Assembly: GCA_964187785.1 (NCBI GenBank)
Contig: OZ076409.1
Location: forward strand, 54,376,001 to 54,440,000
Source: Amphiscolops sp. MND2022
Lineage: Eukaryota
Length of the DNA: 64,000 nucleotides
Direction of reading: 5' to 3'
The notes under the pieces were generated by a model. The model was not told the DNA's origin, did not search any database, and was given only the letters and a program-made list of their open reading frames with translations. Shown in pieces: positions 14,607-25,390 of the stretch (position 1 is its first letter; every line of letters begins with the position of its first letter). The position numbers and the translations under genes are program-made.

Positions 14607-15049
14607 CGTTGTAGCTGAAGACTTCTCAGAACTTTGAATGGAAACAATTTATCGATTCAATAAAGTTTTGGTCTTTCGACTCATTTGGGTCATTGTGAGA
14701 AAATATTCTACGTAGAAAACTACAAAGTTTTCTTTCGAAAAGCGTACTGCATAGCTTGAGGCTTTAGGATCATCTAGGTCACGAACTATGTCCCAAACAA
14801 ATACTAAAATCGTTAATTAAGGAAACTTTCGATGATTTATATTTTTTTGTTCAAACTGGGACTTTTTCGATACACAAATCAAGAAATACCTATCATAAAA
14901 GCTCACTGGAGCATAACTGCGTTTGTTGTTGAACTATTCTTTTATTCTAACATTCGAAACATTCTGAAAAACTCACAGAACTTGCACAAAACCTTTTAAA
15001 AACTCAGTTTTTCTAATTTCCGTCTCACCTGCGTCGTTTTGAAGTGTTT

Positions 15050-16480
15050 CTGATGCGAAACAATGTAATTTTCCTATCAAGAAGAACACGTACTTGATTA
15101 TTTCGCCTTTGTTGGTTTTTAACCGTGTAACTCAGAAGAAACCTCAGAGAACATGAAGCTATATAAACTGAAAAATTTTGCACACTTCGACAATTTTCGT
15201 GTGAACTTTCTCGGAAACCGGCATTTATTCTTTCAAAAAGACTACTGGAAAACTCCTTCAATTGTTGCTGCAGATTCAGAGTTCTATTCCATGAAAACGT
15301 GGAAAAATTTACTGAAATTTCGTTAGAAAAATGAAAATTTGAAAAAAAAGTAGGAGTTTTCGAAAATTTTGGGGTCATTGTGGCAATTTTTTCTCTCAAA
15401 ACTGCATTAACCTCCTCAAACAACCCCATCGGACAACGAACTCATTTGTTGTCGGTTGAACTTTTTCAACGTTCTAATCCATGAAATCTCTTTAAATTTT
15501 GACAAAAATTGCATAAACGATAAAAAATCGTTATATGTTGGACTTTGTCCCATTGGTCGAAATTTGAGCCTTTTTTCAATGGAAAACTGTGTTTAACTCT
15601 TATCAAACACCTCCCGGACAACGAACTCGTTCCCTCCTTGTGGAACGTTTTTACCATTCTAAGCCACCAAGTTTTTCGATAAATTAGACAAAAATTGCAT
15701 GAAATCATTAAAAATCTGAAATTTTTGGAACTTCTATCAATTTCGGTCTGAATTAGAAGCATTTTCTCAAAATCAACTGCCACTATCTCTTCGAAGCAGC
15801 CTCTTGGACAACAAATTGTTTCTGTTCGTTTTTAACCTTTCTAAGCTAGCAAGTGTATCAAACATTCGACAAAAACTGCATAGAAACGTTAAAAACCTGA
15901 ACTGAAAATTCTTTCAATTTAGGTCTCGATTTGAGGACAATTTTCTTCGAAACAAGTGCCATTATTTCTTCGAAAGTGCCTTTTGAATCACAAACATTGT
16001 TGGTTTGGGACGTTTTTACATTCTATGCCACGAAATCTATCGAAAACTTGACAAAAACGGCGTAAAAACGTTCAAAATGAAAAAATTTCGACTTTTTGTG
16101 ATTTTTGGGGTTCTCTGTGTCTTTTTCTTTCACACAACCGCAATTATCTCATCATAAACGACTACTGGACAGCTAATGTTTGTCCTGTTAAACGTTTTCA
16201 TCATTCGAGTTCACGAAATCTATCGAAAATTGGACAAAAACTGCATAAATACGTAAAAAATCGAAAAACATTTGAAAGTACTGTTATTTTTGGAGTCATT
16301 TTGGGTCTTTTTTTCCAAAAAACTGCGCTTACTTCATCATAAACAACTACTGGACAATGATTACTGGCCTTGTTGAAAGTTTTGAACATTTTAATTCACG
16401 ATGTCTATCAAAAATGTGACAAAAACTGCATAAAAATCTTAAAAATTGTGAACTTTGTTGTTTTTACTGGTTTTGCGGTC
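15050..16480 (+). repeat. Degenerate tandem satellite, ~183-bp unit
   Basis: gacaaaaa(t/c)tgcata-like landmark recurs at about 15501, 15687, 15868, 16050, 16233 and 16418; outer boundaries are approximate. Confidence 0.75.
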
Positions 16481-16699
16481 ATTTTTGGGTCATTATGGGG
16501 TCTTTCAGGTCAACCAAAAAATCTGAAAATCCCTACAATAACATACCGGTTGATACTAAATTTACGTCAGTTGAAATCTATGTGTGAAATCCTTTAGCTT
16601 GGATATGAAATTGATGCTTGGCAAATTTTGTGAAAAAAATCCGTTTGACTTAAATATTTTCTTTTTCCTTATGAAATATTGACGGAAACTAACGAAGCA

Positions 16700-17913
16700 C
16701 CACATTGTCTTCTCGCGTTTCGCCGCCTTCGTCCAATGAGGTTGACTTTTCTCAATCCGGCTTCATTGTTACTTCTGCCACGACCTCTGAAGTTGCCTGA
16801 TTATGACTTCTTGCACTTTCGTGCAAATGACTAAGGAGCACGCAGTTAATACATCATTCCTTTGCCTTGCATTCCGGTATATGACTATTCGTATATTCCA
16901 GGCCACATCTATTGCCCAGGTTTTTTTCGCTCATTCACCGCAAAGACTGGTACTTAATACACTTCTTTGTAGGCATTTTTTCCTTCGTTTGAATGGTGCT
17001 GGTTAATTCCCTCTTCATATTCCACTGCAAAAAGAAAGGCATTCTGTGGGTCAGTTCGTAATCTTTCCTTCACAGTTTTGTTGTTCATATTCTGTTTGAA
17101 GGTATCCATCACTAGGCTCTACGTTTGTTCGCCAAACTTGCATTTTGCTGCTAATCCTGTTCGCGTGTGCCAAAATTGTCTCAGCGTCTCCATTTCTTTT
17201 CGTTTTCGTGGAAAGAACTTGCAATTTTCCTGTGTTTTATTTCTCGCTTTGCCGAATGCTTCGTTACAAGTTGTCCGAAGTTCGCGTGATGTTACGGTCG
17301 CCACTCTCATATTCAGAAATTTGTCCGTTACACTCTTTTTGCCAACTTGTCCTAATGATAGGAAAAGTACACTAACTATTTTCATTTCTGCCGCTTGTTC
17401 ATTGAGATTTTCTATCAGGGCCAAGTTTCTCGGTGCTTGTTTCATGGCTTATTCTCAATAACTCTGACATTTACCGATAATGAGTCTTTTGCATTCACTG
17501 CCGCTGTGAAGAGGTTCCACTAATCTTCCCAATCTGGTTTAGGTGCTGTGTCCGCCGAATCCCAGTTTGTTGGCAATCTCGACACAGCTTAAGCAATTCC
17601 AGACTTTGCCAATTCTCCTTTGCTTGCTGAATCTCACAGCGCGATGTTGTAGCTGAAGACATCTCAGAACTTTGAATGAAAACAATTTATCGATTGATGC
17701 AACTGTATTTCAGAAAAAGACCATATGGTAATTGATTCTTTGTTTTCTACGGTTGTCTTAGTAACAACGTGCCATTTTGACACAACTGTTAGTGGTTATC
17801 TAAGGTGAGGTTATGTAAGGTGAGGTTATGTAAGGTGAGGTTATCTGTAAGGTGTCACAGGCGCTTTTATCTGTACACGGATTCACACACCCAAAATTTA
17901 TCCAAACATTACA
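16700..17913 (-). mobile_element. Truncated, decayed Gypsy-like LTR element (LTR plus gag remnant)
   Basis: Gag fragment ETLRQFWHTRTGLAAKCKFGEQT (17119-17445) is homologous to KQFWHNHTRLAAKCEFGQQT in ORF 59999-60364; putative LTR ~17645-17913; a 50-bp duplicate of its end lies at 14608-14657. Confidence 0.65.
17800..17853 (+). repeat. 15-bp tandem repeat taaggtgaggttatg, about 3.5 copies
   Basis: Read directly; lies inside the putative Gypsy LTR. Confidence 0.85.
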
Positions 17914-18830
17914 ATTAAACATTAATAGTAAATGTTGCAAACTTCTGTTCTGCTAAAAATTCACTTTTCCAATTAGGACATGACTGTTTATGTAACATTT
18001 TTGTGGAAATTATTTCATTTCAATGCTTGCTCTTTCAGTACTTCCCCGGAAAAGGAAACATTATCTGAACCCCCAAATATAAGGGGCTGAACCTTTTAAG
18101 TGAAAAAAAGCATTAGTGGGAAAAGACACTCGACGTTAAGCGATGTCGTTTATCAAATTCAATTAAAACTTCAATGCATCTTGAGAGTATACTCTTACAA
18201 TCTTGAGTGTACCGGAATTTTACTGTTACAACATATTCAAAAGCAAATTGCACTATTCTCGGAGCTAATGTTCTAATTATTAAGCTTCAAATATATCAAG
18301 CGTTCAACACTCAAAAAGCTCTTGGCCTGAAAGTAAAAACTATATATAGAAACATTGGGAACATTTGATTGACTTCGAAAATTATCATTTTTTTCTAAGC
18401 AAATGGAACGCGGCACCTCAAAAAATTGATTACCCGCGGACCCAAAATAACTTCAGCCAATGACATATGTCACTCGAGGTTATGCTTCAAATAGAAATCG
18501 GATATGAATAATCAAATACGCATTTATATAGAAAAGTTCTGCATGCTTCAAAGAAAGCTGGGTACAATTTTCAAACCAAACTTCGGACTTTTGCCATTAC
18601 CTATCACATATATGCCTCGAAAAAGAGAGCTAAGTCCTAATTCAGTTATGGATAGTACCACATAATACCATGTATTTTCCCCAATGTTCTAAATTGAGAC
18701 ATCAAAAAATTTTATTGTGTTTTTGACCTTTCGAATGTTAGGATTAAACACAAGCCTCGGAGAAAAATATTCCATTGTTGACGGCAGAACCTAGAATCTA
18801 GCTGCAAAACTGATAATCTAAACATAACTG

Positions 18831-19881
18831 CCCGGGTCGACCCTCCATGGATATCTTAGTAAGATCTTGGCAAGATCTTGCCAAGATCTTGGAAAATTCT
18901 TAGCTAAGATCGTGACAAGATATTGCCAAGAATTGCAAGATGCCATGGTAAGATCTTATCAAGAGAGCCATGTTTCCAAGAAAAATCTTACTGAGAAGCC
19001 CAATATGGCAAGAAAAATATAACTAAGAAGCCGAATATGGCAATAAAAAAATTGCTACGAACTGCTCGATATCGAGAAAAAGTAAAATCAGAAAACCATT
19101 AAATTAAGAGTTATGCAAAAATAATCTAGACATCACTCTGATTGAACAAAATTACTGAATGATTTTTACAACCATTTCGATATCGATTTTTTTTTTCAAT
19201 TGCAAAACTGTCGCCAACAACGGCGTCAGATAAGCCTTGAGCTGTCATTACCCAAAATAGAGCAATGACCGCCGTTTCTAGCAGTAATAAGGCTGCTAAA
19301 CAGGCTCAAAGAAAGCTGGAAATATGATTTTTACAAAAATTTCAGGATTTTAAGCTCTTTCCTTTGTAACTTTCCGATAGTGGATCTGGACGTTTGAGAG
19401 CATATTTCTCCGTCTCTGGAATCGACAGGAATGATAAGTTTACAAGTTTTGAAAAGCCCTCGAAATTACTTTTCATTTGGTACATTCGGCATTTTTCAGT
19501 CTTAAACAGGTGAGGAATTATTAGGATTCTCGTCAGAATTTCTGAAGCCAGACTACGTTATCGTAATTTTTCACGCATTTTTGCATGCAAAATTTTTTCA
19601 GCAGGTTTAAGCATTTTGATTATGAAAACGAGTAGAAATAGTCGTTGTTGGGTGAAATGAGCCTTTAGACTGAGTCTCGGCTGCTTGTACCGAAGGTATG
19701 GTGTTTTTTAATAATCTTAAAATTTTGTCCATCGTGATAAGATACGATCTTGGAATAAGTATTATCTTAGTAAGATCTTAATAAGAATCTTGCCATGGGA
19801 TCCATGGTTGCCAAGATGTAGTAAGAATTTGGCAAGATCTTGCCAAGACAGTCAAGATGCTAGTAAGAGAGTCAACCCGGG
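18831..19881 (+). mobile_element. Full-length CCCGGG-terminated MITE-like DNA element
   Basis: TIRs cccgggtcgaccctc ... gagagtcaacccggg; the interior is shared with 54223-55033 in opposite orientation. Confidence 0.85.
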
Positions 19882-19897
19882 TGATGATTGTAGAGAG

Positions 19898-20470
19898 AGG
19901 CGGAAATTTGGGCGCCATAAATTCGTTGTATTAGCAAATCCAGGAATTTTGTCGTCAGAAATATTGTCGTCCGAAATTTCGTCGCATTGATTAAAATTAA
20001 CAGCGTCCACGAAAAGGTACCATTTTAATTATTCAATTATTTAATTATTAAAAAAAGATCCTAAGAACAGGTTTGATTTTGACACCAAAAATGAATAAAA
20101 CAGTTAATTGCATTCAATCAAGACGCTTATTGACCAACATGATATTTTCAGACCTGAATTATTTAGTCAACCAACATTCAATAAAAAACTATTCAAAAAT
20201 TGCAGAAAGTGTGTTCAAAAATCTTTGACAAAGGAAAATTTTCTACTTAGTTGGAATTTTGTTTGCGAAACTTTCTCTGGAAACCATAAACAAAAGTAGT
20301 CAACTATAACAATTATTGCACAATTAACGATAACTATTAAGATAGGTAAACTCAATAATAAAAGACGATTCCTTTCAAATAACCTAAAATACGACAACGT
20401 TTGAAGAACGTAATTACCGACGACGAAACTTCTGACGACGAAATTTCCGACGACGGAAGTTCTGGTATTC
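19898..20470. mobile_element. Putative foldback/MITE with repeated inverted motifs
   Basis: Left arrays of aattt(c/t)gtcgtc; right arrays of gacgacgaaa(tt/ct). Confidence 0.5.
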
Positions 20471-23221
20471 GACTTTAGAATTCGACCGCAATGACAAACC
20501 AAAGGCGACGAATGATTTGCAGAAAAATAACATTGATGCTTGAGGAACATAACTACTCGAACGCGAGAATGAGATGCAAAATCTCAAATATGTCTTTTCC
20601 AAATTTTATTTCCGAAACTGTGCCGCAAAAACTACCGATAAGTCTTAGAGGGTCATTCTTTTGCTGGAAGACGGTTTCGAGGTAAACAGAGAGAATATGT
20701 ATCAGAATTGTCATGTGATAATATCTCCCCCAAAAGATAGGGAAAACTCATAAAAATTGATATACTTGGCTTTTTATTACGTTCCTTGGGGCATATTGTA
20801 TGTGTTTATACGCTTTCATATGCGATACATATATTATATGTTTTACAATATAAGGTGTAGACTTTTTCTAACAAAAAGGAAGGCCTCAATAAAAGTCTCA
20901 AAAATAGCAATAATAGCCCCAATAATAGAATATGAGGAATCAACACATCTTTTTAAATTTAGTCTAGACTTGGTTATATGCCAGTGTGAAAACTCTTGAT
21001 AAGGATCTTGCAGTTTCATGAAGCTCTTGGTAAGAATCTCGGCAATGAACGATCGTGCAAAACCTTGCCAAAAGTTTCGACGGAAAAGCTAACAAAAGTC
21101 GATAAAAACAAACGAAAACGGACGCCAACTGCGACTCGATCAGCGTGCTTGTTATGCCGCAACCGTTAACGCAACAAACCATGCTATCTTGTCATGAATT
21201 TCAATACGTTCGGTTGTGCTATAACCAACACTGCAAAGAATGATAGTGTAGCTGGTGCGAACAAAAGCAAAGTAAATGTAAACAAAATTGTTGTTTGTTT
21301 TGCAAGGCATTAATTTTTTGACACTGTTGATAAAAACTCTTACCAACATTTCGAGAAGTTCTAAAGGTTTCCCTCGCTAGAAACTATTGAGAAATTCCAA
21401 GAGGTTTTTATGATACAAGAATAAACAAAATCTTATCAAGGCTTTCAAGTGTAAATGGGACTATGTAAGATCTTGGCAACGGTTTCAAGATATTCTGCAC
21501 TGGGACCATATCTTTCTCAAATGCGCTTGAAAATTTTCGATTTTTCGAATGCAGTCAACTCAGTGATTTGCAATCGCAATAAAGTACATTTAATTCAACT
21601 GAGTATCCACCTTCGCATATGCTATCTCAAAAATTCAATCGGTTTTATGTGTTTTGAGATTTGGATTTGTTCTTCCAGCACAATGTTTGCCAAACCTAAA
21701 AGGCATTTGGACTCGCTGAACGAAATTTCTCAGCTTGAAAATGGTAAAGTGTAAGATAAATTCAAGGTTTTTGGAAACATGAGGAGGAGCAACAGATTGA
21801 AGCATGTTTAAAATTGACTAACCTCAAAGCGCCAGGTCCTCAAATTGTTGTCTTTCAAATACGCTCAGGAAGGGTTTCGGAAAATTTTTTCGAAAACAAA
21901 TCTCACACTGACAAAAATGGTTCAAAAAGGGAACCTTGGAGCCAAAAAGTTTTTTGAAAATAGAATGAATAAATTCACTTAGAGCCCAAGGTGACCCTTT
22001 TGTTTCTTACAGGTATGAATTTGAGGTAATCTGTGAAATTCTAAAAAGGAGGACCCTTGGTCGCTCTCAATACGCTTAGTCGTGATCTTTGTAGAAAGCG
22101 GAACGAATGATTTGAGCTTTCTGGTCCGAAAAATGAAACGAATCACTGTAACAGTTGCACACCGTTTGATACAAAATTCACCAACTAACAATAAAAATGA
22201 TATATTTTCATAAACGAAGAGCAAAATTCTCTAATATTTCACTTTTTGCGTTTCTTTGCACCTTGTCAAGCAGAAGGGGGCATTCGATTCCAGCTCACTC
22301 CAACCTTTTTTGTTTATAAGGCAAAATTAGAAGGATTGCTCATTTTTCAGTTCTCGCAAACTCCCAATGCCCAGGTCATTCGATGAATAAATCTCTCGAA
22401 ATAATTCACAAAAATATCCAAATTCGATTGTTAGCTGACAAAGTTTGTATCAAAAGGTGAGCGATCGTTACAGTGATTCGTTTTTTTCTTTATACAAATC
22501 ACAGAGTTCACACTAAAGGCACTATGCGACTTTTTTCTTCGAAAAGATTTCTCTATAATTTGTTTTAAAATTGGTTTTCAGTTGGCGAAACATTTTTCGA
22601 GCACGAAAGTCTCACTTTGTTATTGTGAGGTCTTCTTTGAAAACGCCTTGAGCATATTCCAAGGAGTTAGCGCTTTCTGAGCCTGAAGCGAGGTGCAAAC
22701 TCGTCCTCCTTTTGTTTTCTGTTCATTTTCGGTTTCCGAACAGCCGTCTTGTAGATATAAAATATACTAAATGTTCAATCGAGTTGCAGCGAAAATCTCA
22801 ATGAGTGGAAAAAATGATGGATTTTTAAAATATCTCTGCCATTTGAAGTGCTTTTTTCAGCAAATAAACAAACGAAAGCTAGGTCGTTTTGTTTTCGAAC
22901 AAAATGACGGTTGAAATCAAAACAAAATGTGAAAAAATATAAATTTTCTGAATAAAAGCTTTTTGTGGAGTTAGGCAAAATTGCTCTAGGGGCTTGGTCG
23001 AAAACCATCACAATATATCTTGAAATGAAACGTGTTCATTTAATGGGAAAACTGCTTGAAGCTTTCGAAAAAAAATTGAATCTTAAGCATAGCGCGTTTC
23101 ATTTTGTCTCAGTCGTTTTGTAGTATTTCTTGAAGTGTAGTATTTTCTTGACGTTTAAGCAAATATGCAAAAAGGTTTTAACACTCAATTTTTAGAAAAG
23201 GCGAAATGTTAAGACTATCAC

Positions 23222-23558
23222 TGTTGTGTACACAATGTGATTAGATTAAAATAAACCAATAACAAGGCGCTTTGGCACAATAGCTTAGTGCGTTCGGTTT
23301 CCATTCCAAAGGTCTAGAGTTCGATTCCCGAAACCGTCAAATATTTGATACTTCTGAAAATACTAAAATATATTTTTCGAAAATATTCAATCAATTTGCT
23401 ATCTCGAAACTTTAATGTTTGCTGTTATTTGTAAACAATAATTTGTTCTTTTTTCTGTTGTCTGAATTTATTCACTGTGACCATTGTGAATGATAACATT
23501 GCTTTCAATAAAACTTTGCAAAACGGACTGTATTCACCCGAAGGCTTACAGTTTTACA
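23222..23558 (+). repeat. 5' LTR of element 1 (337 bp)
   Basis: tgttgtgtacac...gttttaca; no difference seen from 31966-32302. Confidence 0.97.
23266..23339 (+). ncRNA. tRNA-like (pseudo-tRNA) Pol III cassette in the 5' LTR of element 1
   Basis: 74 nt; acceptor GGCGCTT/AACCGTC pairs 6 of 7; D stem GCAC/GTGC; TCC at the anticodon position; B box GTTCGATTC; weak T and anticodon stems. Confidence 0.7.
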
Positions 23559-23575
23559 TGGTGGCCATAGAGAGG
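23559..23575 (+). promoter_or_regulatory. Primer-binding site TGGTGGCCATAGAGAGG
   Basis: Directly follows the LTR; starts with TGG, complementary to tRNA CCA; identical in element 2. Confidence 0.9.
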
Positions 23576-24356
23576 ACTTTTGTTTTATATCCTTCTCAAA
23601 ATCTTTCGAAATTTGACTACGACTGGTTCCGATTTCAGTTCAACTTACAGTTCGGAAGCTGAAAACCCATTGGTACAAAACGACATTATCAAGTTCATTA
23701 CATTGTACATTGAGACAGAGCGTTGAGGAAAATTAATGGTATCAAAGCAAGCAGGCTGGCAATGGAATTTCGACTATTCAGTGAAGAGAAGAGAATTACA
23801 TGCACATTCTGCCAACTGTAGGTGATCTCCCAACAATACTGAAGACTGAATTTCTTAAAAGAGTAAGACGAGCATATTTCGTCTTCAAGAGGCGACCTTC
23901 GCTGAAAATAAAATTGTTATTCAAGAAATTATTCAAGTTATAAGCAAGTTATTCAAGAAGTGTCTCTGGATTTCTTGATGACCGAGTGCTTCCCCATCCT
24001 TCACTCCCCAGCATGAACAGAAGAACTGTGTCTCCTTTTGTTGGTCACGACAGTTGCCCTTTCTAGTGAGTTCCCGCGAAAAAACATGAAAACTGAGTAC
24101 TTCTTTTAATGTTTAATCTTCGAGATAGCAACTAAATTTCAAAATATTTGTATCGTCTGAGCTTGGTAACTCAGATGGCTGTTGAAATTTGATTGATCCA
24201 GATCCATCCATATTCACTTTTTGTCGAACAAAAGTACCTTAATACCGAAAATATTTTTGGACAAATTTCGTAGAGAAACAAGGTGAGTGCATTTTAATTG
24301 GGAAATTTAAATTTTTGTTACGAAAAAACTCTGGAACTGTATTAGATAACTCTCTA

Positions 24357-24965
24357 ATGGTTTTCATATTGGCAGCTAGTTCTTTGCACCATGCATTAGA
24401 AACGTTATCCCCCAAACAAAAAGACCGATTTAAAGACAAAACCTATACCATCCCGGGCCTAAGTCTAAATCCGAACACGAAAAACCCCAAAAAAGTTGTT
24501 CAAAATTTACTTTCGAAAGATCTGAAAGATAAAAAAGACATTGTAATTTGGCACGATGTACTGAACAATAGTATTTCGAAACATGATAGCAACAATTTCC
24601 GTGCTTTATCAGTGTTTGATCTAATTGAGACTTTGAAAAATCTTCAAGACAAGCTTTGTGCTCTGGTGTATTGCCAACGTAACCGCACCCCGTACATTTT
24701 CGACGAATTGAAAGTTTTGCAAACTGATCATAATATCAAAGTGTTCAGTATCGTCAAAGATTTTATATCCGTGAAAAAACAAAAGGATCCCGAGATTCTT
24801 AAACAATTCAAGGCGTTGCATCAGAGCCCAGAGCTTGAGCTGAAGAATTTGGTCTTTGTTCTTCGTAAAGAGAATCATCTCTCGACAATAACTGATAAAA
24901 GCCGACCCAAACGGCCAAGTAAGCGTGCCCGTAACGCTGCTAAGAGAGCTGCAGCCTCTTTTTAG
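24357..24965 (+). CDS. Accessory ORF0 of element 1 (202 aa); putative divergent SGNH-fold protein with a basic tail
   Basis: ATG at 24357 aligns with the ATG at 42873; gapless alignment, ~64% identity by hand count; motifs ILAASSL, IPGLSL, IVIWHDVLNN, ALHQS. The ORF is well supported; the function is inferred. Confidence 0.85.
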   Translation: MVFILAASSLHHALETLSPKQKDRFKDKTYTIPGLSLNPNTKNPKKVVQNLLSKDLKDKKDIVIWHDVLNNSISKHDSNNFRALSVFDLIETLKNLQDKLCALVYCQRNRTPYIFDELKVLQTDHNIKVFSIVKDFISVKKQKDPEILKQFKALHQSPELELKNLVFVLRKENHLSTITDKSRPKRPSKRARNAAKRAAASF

Positions 24966-24998
24966 TCTCAGTTAGCAACACCCCCCCGCGCTTCTTCC

Positions 24999-25354
24999 AG
25001 CTGTTGAGACAGTGTCCGAACTTCACTGATCGGTTGAAGTTTCTTCAGCTCTTCCACCTTTTTTTTCAGAGTTGTGTCCAGTCTTAACTGACTGGTTGAT
25101 ACTCTGAAAAAAACGCCTTTCCCTCACCCACACCACCGTCAACTGAGACCGCGTTTCTTCAACGCGACTTTGAGTTCATCGTCTTCCGTCCTCGTAGTCT
25201 GTGACTACTTTTAACTTAAAACAAAAAGCCGCCAGTTTTTCTTTGTTGAAACACTGTACAAACACAGTGTTGTCACCGACAAACACCGTTCTTCTACCGA
25301 ACTTTTTCTTGAACTGTGTCCAAACTTAATTGTTTGGTTCACGTCTGAAAAAGT
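24999..25354 (+). ncRNA. Three copies of a conserved cis-acting RNA stem-loop (24999-25050, 25060-25113, 25301-25354)
   Basis: Outer stem, NGTGT, 6-bp stem, TT(A/C)A(T/C)T loop, stem, TT(G/C)AN, outer stem; compensatory changes between copies. Confidence 0.75.
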
Positions 25355-25390
25355 ACAAAAGCCCACCGATCCTCAAATTTAGCTACGGTC

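Noticed and set aside
23266..23339. Functional tRNA-Gly(TCC) gene
   Set aside because: Mismatched T and anticodon stems and no D-loop GG; treated as tRNA-like only
23266..23575. Self-priming by the LTR-encoded tRNA-like RNA
   Set aside because: Its 3' end (aaccgtca) is not complementary to the PBS TGGTGGCCATAGAGAGG
23576..24356. Further coding region in the 5' leaders (also the antisense ORF at 42152-42466)
   Set aside because: No ORF conserved between the two elements that I could align
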